A stretch of 64,000 nucleotides of DNA from Octopus vulgaris (Eukaryota). The stretch covers positions 14,198,001 through 14,262,000 of the forward strand of contig OX597819.1 of assembly GCA_951406725.2 (NCBI GenBank), in the 5' to 3' direction. Of the stretch, positions 57,387 through 64,000 are shown in pieces. The translations under genes were made by a program, and so were the position numbers. A model generated the notes under the pieces. That model ran no database searches, was not told the DNA's origin, and saw only the letters and a list, made by a program, of their open reading frames with translations. The stretch's first letter is position 1. The number at the start of each line of letters is the position of its first letter.

Positions 57387-58162
57387 TGATGGCTGCCCCC
57401 TCGTAATCGAGTATGGCCATTGCACGAGGCTCAACTGTTATTGGTGCTGTGATCGAATGTGACTTTTATTTGCTTTTTAAGGCTACAGCCAGCCATTCAG
57501 TTGAGACTCACAGCACCATCAACAATCATGAACAATGTTGTTATCGTGCAATGCCTGTGCAAGAAGATTTTTTTAAAAGTGAGGAAAGGCTGTGCACTTT
57601 CCTCACTTTAAAAGTCAATCCCACTCACTAAGCAACAGCAGCCATAATCCGAAAAGAAGAACAACTCAACATCATTGGTAACCACTGAGCCGCAGCTTTT
57701 ATGTCGGAGTCATCCCAGTGACCTAAGTTACCTTCTCCTAGAAGGGTGCCCTAACAAAGGCTAGGAGTCCTTCACTCCCAATGGTTTAACCGCGCGATCG
57801 GGTATTCAGTCCGATTATTTCTATGTCCCCGCGCATGATACAGCCTTAAAGCCTTAAGAAAAAAAAATTACACTTTTATTGGACGGCCGTTGACTCTCAA
57901 GAGTTCCTCCGCCCTTTGACGGGTTTTATTTTTCATCCCGCAGGGTGTCCAATAAACACCCTCCTCACCAAGCAAGCTTGGTAGGCTTGCCAGTTTAGTC
58001 GCCGACGGCCCGACCATGCAACAGGTTGTACTGGGTTACATGTTACCAGTAGCACTCGAAAGTGACCTGGCATAAACATACATACATACATACATACATA
58101 CATACATACATACATACATACATACATACATACATACATACATACATACATACGTACGTACG

Positions 58163-59235
58163 TCTCATCATATCCCTTCGGCAACATCTTTTAACCACCG
58201 AGCGTCGAAGTACATCCCTTGATCAAGTTTGCATACATGAGGCTGATAACATCATAAGACTTGGAAAGCAGATCCTTGAGGAAAGGAACACTGTTTGATA
58301 ACCTAGAATACATGCCCAAAGAAGTCGCTCGACTCTACCGCAACGTATCATCAGATGAAAGAATGAGCCTATATGAGCAGAAGATTATGCATGGATATGT
58401 TAGTAAAAAGCTCCGTGATGATAGTAACATCAATCATCAAAGCAGTATATCATGGACGAATAGCCGGATTATTACCACCCACTTTGAAGGGTATGCATTT
58501 GCAATCCAGGAACAAGAAATATCAACCAAGTACCTGATGCACAAAACGGATAGAGATGCAGGAAAGGCCGTAAAATGTGACAACCGATGCAAACTTTGTG
58601 GAGTTCACACCGAAGATATCACCCACATCATAAGCAGTTGTCCGAAAATGTCATCAAGGTATTATCTACCGGTGAGACATGACGTTGTAGCTAGGACACT
58701 CTATAATGAAATCCGTCGGAAGGATAATCCGGAGGACAAGGAAATAGAAATCCACAATATGATAGAAACCATAGCCACTCATAATAAAAAGGAATACTGG
58801 TGGAATGTACCAGTGAAGACCTCAATAAAATGTAAGCACAACAGACCTGATACAAGGATTTGGGATGGAGAAGAGAAACTGGGCTCAATTGTGGAATTTA
58901 GCTCCCCAGCGGATGTTAACATAAAGCTGAAGATCTGTGAAAAAGAGAGCACCTATGCTGAATTATTGAGAAATCTGAAGTTATTCTATCCGGGTAATTA
59001 CTGGGGCCCTGAGATATGTAAATCACTGGCTAAACATCAACCTTGAGAAATTAGGCTTCTCAAAAGCAGAAAGGAGAAAGCTAATTCGAAGACTATAGAT
59101 CCAATCCATCACTGGAACTGTAAAAATCTGTAAAACTTTCTAGAAGTTTATCAGTAAATATATATGAGCATGTCTAGATATGCAACTATATGCATGAGAA
59201 TGCCTACATAAAACAAAACGTACAAATCTGCACGT
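58163..59235 (+). mobile_element. R4/Dong-like RLE non-LTR retrotransposon, 5'-truncated
   Basis: AIQEQEI...CKLCGVHTEDITHIISSC (CCHC), RHDVVA, NRPD...IVEFSSP endonuclease motifs; bounded by (CATA)n. Confidence 0.9.
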
Positions 59236-59279
59236 ATACATACATACATACATACATACACACACACATACAAAGTTCT

Positions 59280-60426
59280 TTTTTTATCTAAAATATACTC
59301 TCCTTCATTTTCTACAAAATTCACTCTTCCAAAATTCACTTGTCCGTGACGAAAAATACTCCTCCAAGTACTGTTCTGTCCACGTTTACACAATTCATAT
59401 TTTTTCCGTCCAAATGATTTTGAAGACTGTAGAATAAATGATAATCAGATGGGGCAATGTCTGGCGAATATGGTGGGTGGGGGCATCATTTCCCATTCAA
59501 ACTGCTCCAGCCTTTGGAATGTTATCCTCGCTGTATGTGGCCGAGCCTTATCCTGATGGAAGAACACTTTTCGTCCTGAAGCCAAAGACGGTTGTTTATC
59601 TTCTAGCGCTGACTTGAACCGTTCAAGCTGCTCCCAGTAGATCTTTTTATCGTTTCATATCCCATCAAACAGGCAACGACACTTTATGTGGTTGAAGACC
59701 TTGTTTAGCCTGGAGTGCCAGTGTTTCTCCTTTTCCTACCACTGTCTTCGGTGCTTGGTATTTTTATAGAGAAATCATTTCTCGTCTCCAGTCACTATTC
59801 GGTTCAAAAAAGGTTCATTCGTGAGACGCGACCGCAAAGAAGAGCACACATTCACTTTCTGTGCGTGAGTAGACTCGGAAAGTTTGTGAGGAACCCATTG
59901 ACCCAATTTCCTGATTTTTCTAATGACTCGCAGGTGTCAATGAATGGTCGAATGACCAAATCCAAGCTTCTCTACTAGTTCCTCAACAGTTACGATGGGA
60001 TTTTGTTCCACCAGGATTTGCAAGACATCCTCATCGAGATTTACAGATCTTCCAGGATGAGGCTCGTCTTCTAGGCTGTAGTTTCTGGCTTGGAATTTCC
60101 GGAACCACTGTTGACACTGGCTTACGCTTATCGTACAATCCCCATATACTGCATTAATATTCCTCGCACTTTCTGTTGCGTTGTTGCTTTTATTGAACTC
60201 ATAGAGCAAAATATGCAGGAAATGTTCCTTTGTCACTTCCATTATAGCTTTGAAAAAATAACTGTTAAAATCGAACTGCACTCTTGAAAACTTGCACTAA
60301 GAATAAGGAAAAAAGTAAAATCACTAACTGCTTTTATAGCAAGTTGATGCAGGTAGTTTATCCTGTCCCCCTCCGATCTTTAGCTCATGCAATTGAAAAA
60401 TCCGGATTATTTATGGGATGACCCAA
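59280..60426 (-). mobile_element. mariner element relic with intact 5' TIR
   Basis: TIR TTGGGTCATCCCATAAATAATCCGG plus TA; MEVTKEHFLHILLYEF...QWFRKF...GQWVPHKL; ends VENEGEYILD. Confidence 0.9.
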
Positions 60427-60456
60427 TATACATACATACATACATACATACATACA

Positions 60457-60566
<110 letters not shown>

Positions 60567-61310
60567 TTGAATCTAAGAGCTTGTCCTGAAGTCGCCTGAA
60601 ACTCGAATCGTGAGACAAAGGATGAGAAATTACTATGAAGTGAATTTATGTATTGTGAGCCTGAAGTGCATTGGGGTCGCACGTGACCCCGTCCTTGAAT
60701 GAATTCTGAAGCTGATGTTAGGGTCGTTTGGGCAATGCTGGGGATATATTCCCCATATTGCTCCAATTGATGTAATGCAAATGGCAGGGGCTGGAGAGAA
60801 TGAAGTTTTAATGTTTTTATATGTGTGTATACACACACGCGTATAACGCTATACATATCATCTTTACAGATGTCGAAGTCAAGAACATTATATTTCACTA
60901 AATTTCTCTACAGACAGGGTCCAATATCGAGGGTCCAATGCCGAATGATTTGGGAGAATATGTTTCCCAAAGGATCTGACTTTACGAAAGCCATTAATGT
61001 TGGTTATTAAAAAGGAGAGAAATTCAAAAAGGTTTCGATCATCTTGGTACATTAGATGTAAGTGGTTAGAGGTGAATGACATTCCTGTGATAATTTTAAA
61101 GACTGGGGTATGTCCATATTGGGAAATTAAAGGGCTTGGTGAGGATAGGTCCTCGTCGCGGGGCGTCTTGTTTGAAAGCAATGGCAGTAATGTCGTCAGA
61201 GCCGATGTCTTTATCAGTTTGAAACGGTCTGAAGGATTTTCCTACAATACATAGGAATGGTTTGGGAAGAGATTTAGCTAGTTTGTATAAAATATAATGT
61301 AATATAGTAG

Positions 61311-61693
61311 TGGTACTCCGTCGCTTACGACGACGAGGGTTCCAGTTGATCCGATCAACGGATCAGCCTGTTCGTGAAATTAACGTGCAAGTGGCTGAGC
61401 ACTCCACACACATGTGTACCCTTAACGTAGTCCTAAGGGAGATTCAGCATGACACACTGTGTGACAAGGCTGGTCCTTTGAAATACAGGTACAATAGAAA
61501 CAGGAAGAAAAAGTGAGAGAAAATTGTGGTGAAAGAGTAGAGTAGGGTTCGCCACCAACCCCTGCCGGAGCCTCGTGGAGCTTCAGGTATTTTCGCTCAA
61601 TAAACACTCACAACGCCCGGTCTGGGAGTGAGTCGAAACCGCGATCCTACGACCGTGAGTTCGCAGCCCTAACCACTGGGCCATTGCGCCTCC
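61311..61693 (-). mobile_element. SINE-C, full length
   Basis: Matches SINE-C. Confidence 0.9.
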
Positions 61694-62012
61694 AGGTTAT
61701 AATAGAATGCGATAATATAATGAGCCAACAACCAAATAGACAAACATATTACATGAATTAATGTGGAAGGGAGCTTGGATACAGTCGTCCAATGCGCCGG
61801 GAGTAGCAGTTAAATCTCCCTAGCTACTCTACACCTGATGTGGAAGAAAAGACGGGATGGTCATAAATGGAAGCCATTTGATCAGGCTTCCAATGGACCA
61901 AATAAGAGCTGAGGCCAATCAACAACATATGTACAAACTTTCACCGTTTTTCTCACTTTCTCAATTTATGTTTAATCTTCGCCCCACCCCCACTACCAAC
62001 ACCACCATCACC

Positions 62013-62044
<32 letters not shown>

Positions 62045-62290
62045 CACAACAGCCACCACAACCATCATCATCATCATCATTATCGTCATCACTACCATTG
62101 TAATTATTTCCCGGTCTCCATCATTCTCTTCATCATAAATATCGTCATCGCCACCATCACCATCACCCCCATCGTCGTCATTACACCCATTACCCCCATC
62201 ACTCTCCTCCTCCTCCTCCCCTCTTCTTCTTCTCTTTCTTTTTCAATGTTGCCCCCTCGTCTTTCCTTCGTTCTGTCGCCCCCTTCCTCC

Positions 62291-62323
<33 letters not shown>

Positions 62324-63308
62324 ATCTTGCCAGTCAGAGGTCAGCGGCTGGCCATTAAAATGTCCACTGGGCGGAGCAGAGGTGAAAAGGACAAACAGAT
62401 GTTCAGTAAACACTCGCCCCCACCTCTCCTTTTCCCCCTACCCTCACCTATTCTTGTCCCTTAGACACTGAAAACGATGGAACGCGACCCCAATTCGCGG
62501 ACGCAGTTTAGCCGCCAAGGCAGTCACAATCGAGCCGACCTATAATAAAAGGTGTTTCAGCCATGACCATCTCAACTGTTATCCTTCTTTAAGAGAGTAA
62601 ATTATGATTTAAAAAAGTTTAGCTGCTATTTTTTCCAACGTAGAATCCCCTCCAATAATCGATCTTCTGTCAAGATCGATAATAGCTGCGACCAGAGTCC
62701 TCCAGCCGTCACTGTCTGATACCACATTCTTTCAAAAACGTAGTTTAAGACATCATGATCCAATGTATACTTATATTCTTTTGAACGTGCGGTTTTCACG
62801 GACATGTTACTGCTGTTTCTAGCAGGCCATGAGACAGCTTGACAACCAGTGTTGGTTTGTTTACGTTCCCGCAACTTAGCAAAATAGACCGATAGAATAA
62901 GATCGAGGCTTTAAGAAAAAGTACTGAGATCAATTCGTTCGACAAACAAAAAGCCTCTTCCAGGCGGTGCATGGCTGCAGTCTGATGACTGGAATAAGTA
63001 AAAGATACAGAAAGCATCATTTCTATGTAGAGTACTCTCCATACAATAGGAGCCACAATAATATGAGGAAGCAGTGAACATATATTAAGGTGGTAGGTTG
63101 GTCGAATGTCTAAAGAATATTGCACAATATCAAACAGCTTTCTACATTCTGAATTGAAATACCATAAATCATACAATAACGAAAAACAAAAATAATTTAT
63201 AGACATAGTAAAACTATGCTTAAACCACGGTGTACCCTGCGTCAGGGTTGGGGATTTGAAGATCTCTCGAAAAATCTTGTATTATAATTGAGCAAATGAA
63301 GGATCAGT

Positions 63309-63557
63309 GGAGGCGCGTGGCCTAGTGGTGAGGGTGTCAGCACCATGATCGTAAGATTGTGGTTTCGATTCCTGGATCGGGCGACGCGTTGTGTTCTTGA
63401 GCAAAACACTTCATTTCACGTTGCTCCAGTCCACTCAGCTGGCAAAAGTGAGTAATGTTGCGATGGACTGGCGCCCCATCCAGCTGGGGAACACATATGT
63501 CATAGAAACCAAGAAACCGGGCCCATGAGCTTGGCTAGGCTTCAAAAGGGCGCATTT
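63309..63557 (+). mobile_element. tRNA-headed SINE with a distinct body
   Basis: A box TGGCCTAGTGG, B-box-like GGTTTCGATTCC, TGTGTTCTTGAGCAAAACACTT shared with the 5015-5325 and 34457-34570 relics. Confidence 0.75.
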
Positions 63558-63569
63558 ATTATATATATA

Positions 63570-63966
63570 CTAGCAGTATCGCCCGGCGTTGCTCGGGTTT
63601 GTAAGGGAAATAACTATATAAGCATTTTTAGAGATGTAAGGTATAATAGCCATCTCAATATGGCTAACCACAAAGGGGGGGGTGTTACTGTAGCTTTTTA
63701 CGTTCTGAGATTTAATAATAATTTTTTAGAGAGTTACTTCCCTTATATATGCCAAAAATGCATTAAAAATGGGAAAAAAGGATGGTAAATTTTTTTTGAA
63801 ATCGTAGACTCATCTTAGACGCGCGCTAATACCCAGAAGGGCTTGATATGAATCACGACTATAAGATACCCGGTTTTGTTTAAACTGCACCGCAAAATGT
63901 GGGAGTAGTTAGGAATCTAAATCGTAGGAGACAGACAGCACACAACCTCACTTTTATATATAAAGA
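63570..63966 (-). mobile_element. Non-autonomous Helitron
   Basis: Same termini as 48721-49237 (TC start, hairpin, CTAG end, A|T target). Confidence 0.85.
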
Positions 63967-64000
63967 TTTTTTTTTTAATGAAGGATCACTTACTCAGGAT

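Noticed and set aside
57386-58072. Possible RTE-derived non-autonomous element between (CATA)n arrays
   Set aside because: Impression only; no ORF motif or second copy.

Overview
Repeat-saturated, AT-rich metazoan non-coding DNA, most likely intergenic or intronic sequence from an octopus (inferred from the SINE families and extreme microsatellite load; not confirmed by any search). I find no credible host protein-coding exon; nearly all supplied ORFs are microsatellite translations. The window contains three abundant tRNA-headed SINE families (here SINE-A, -B, -C), an older degenerate SINE-like family, CR1-group LINE fragments, two R4/Dong-type restriction-like-endonuclease LINE fragments sitting in specific microsatellites, a gag/ORF1-only retroelement, Tc1/mariner relics (two are fold-backs), pogo- and hAT-type MITEs and two non-autonomous Helitrons. 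The main discovery is about a dozen type I hammerhead-ribozyme-like motifs in short non-coding cassettes, mostly beside (TA)n tracts. They include U3-A8 covariant cores, long helix II insertions, palindromic helix III, and one fused behind a tRNA-Thr-like Pol III head, which points to a Penelope-like/retrozyme system. Coordinates were read by eye and may be off by a few bases.
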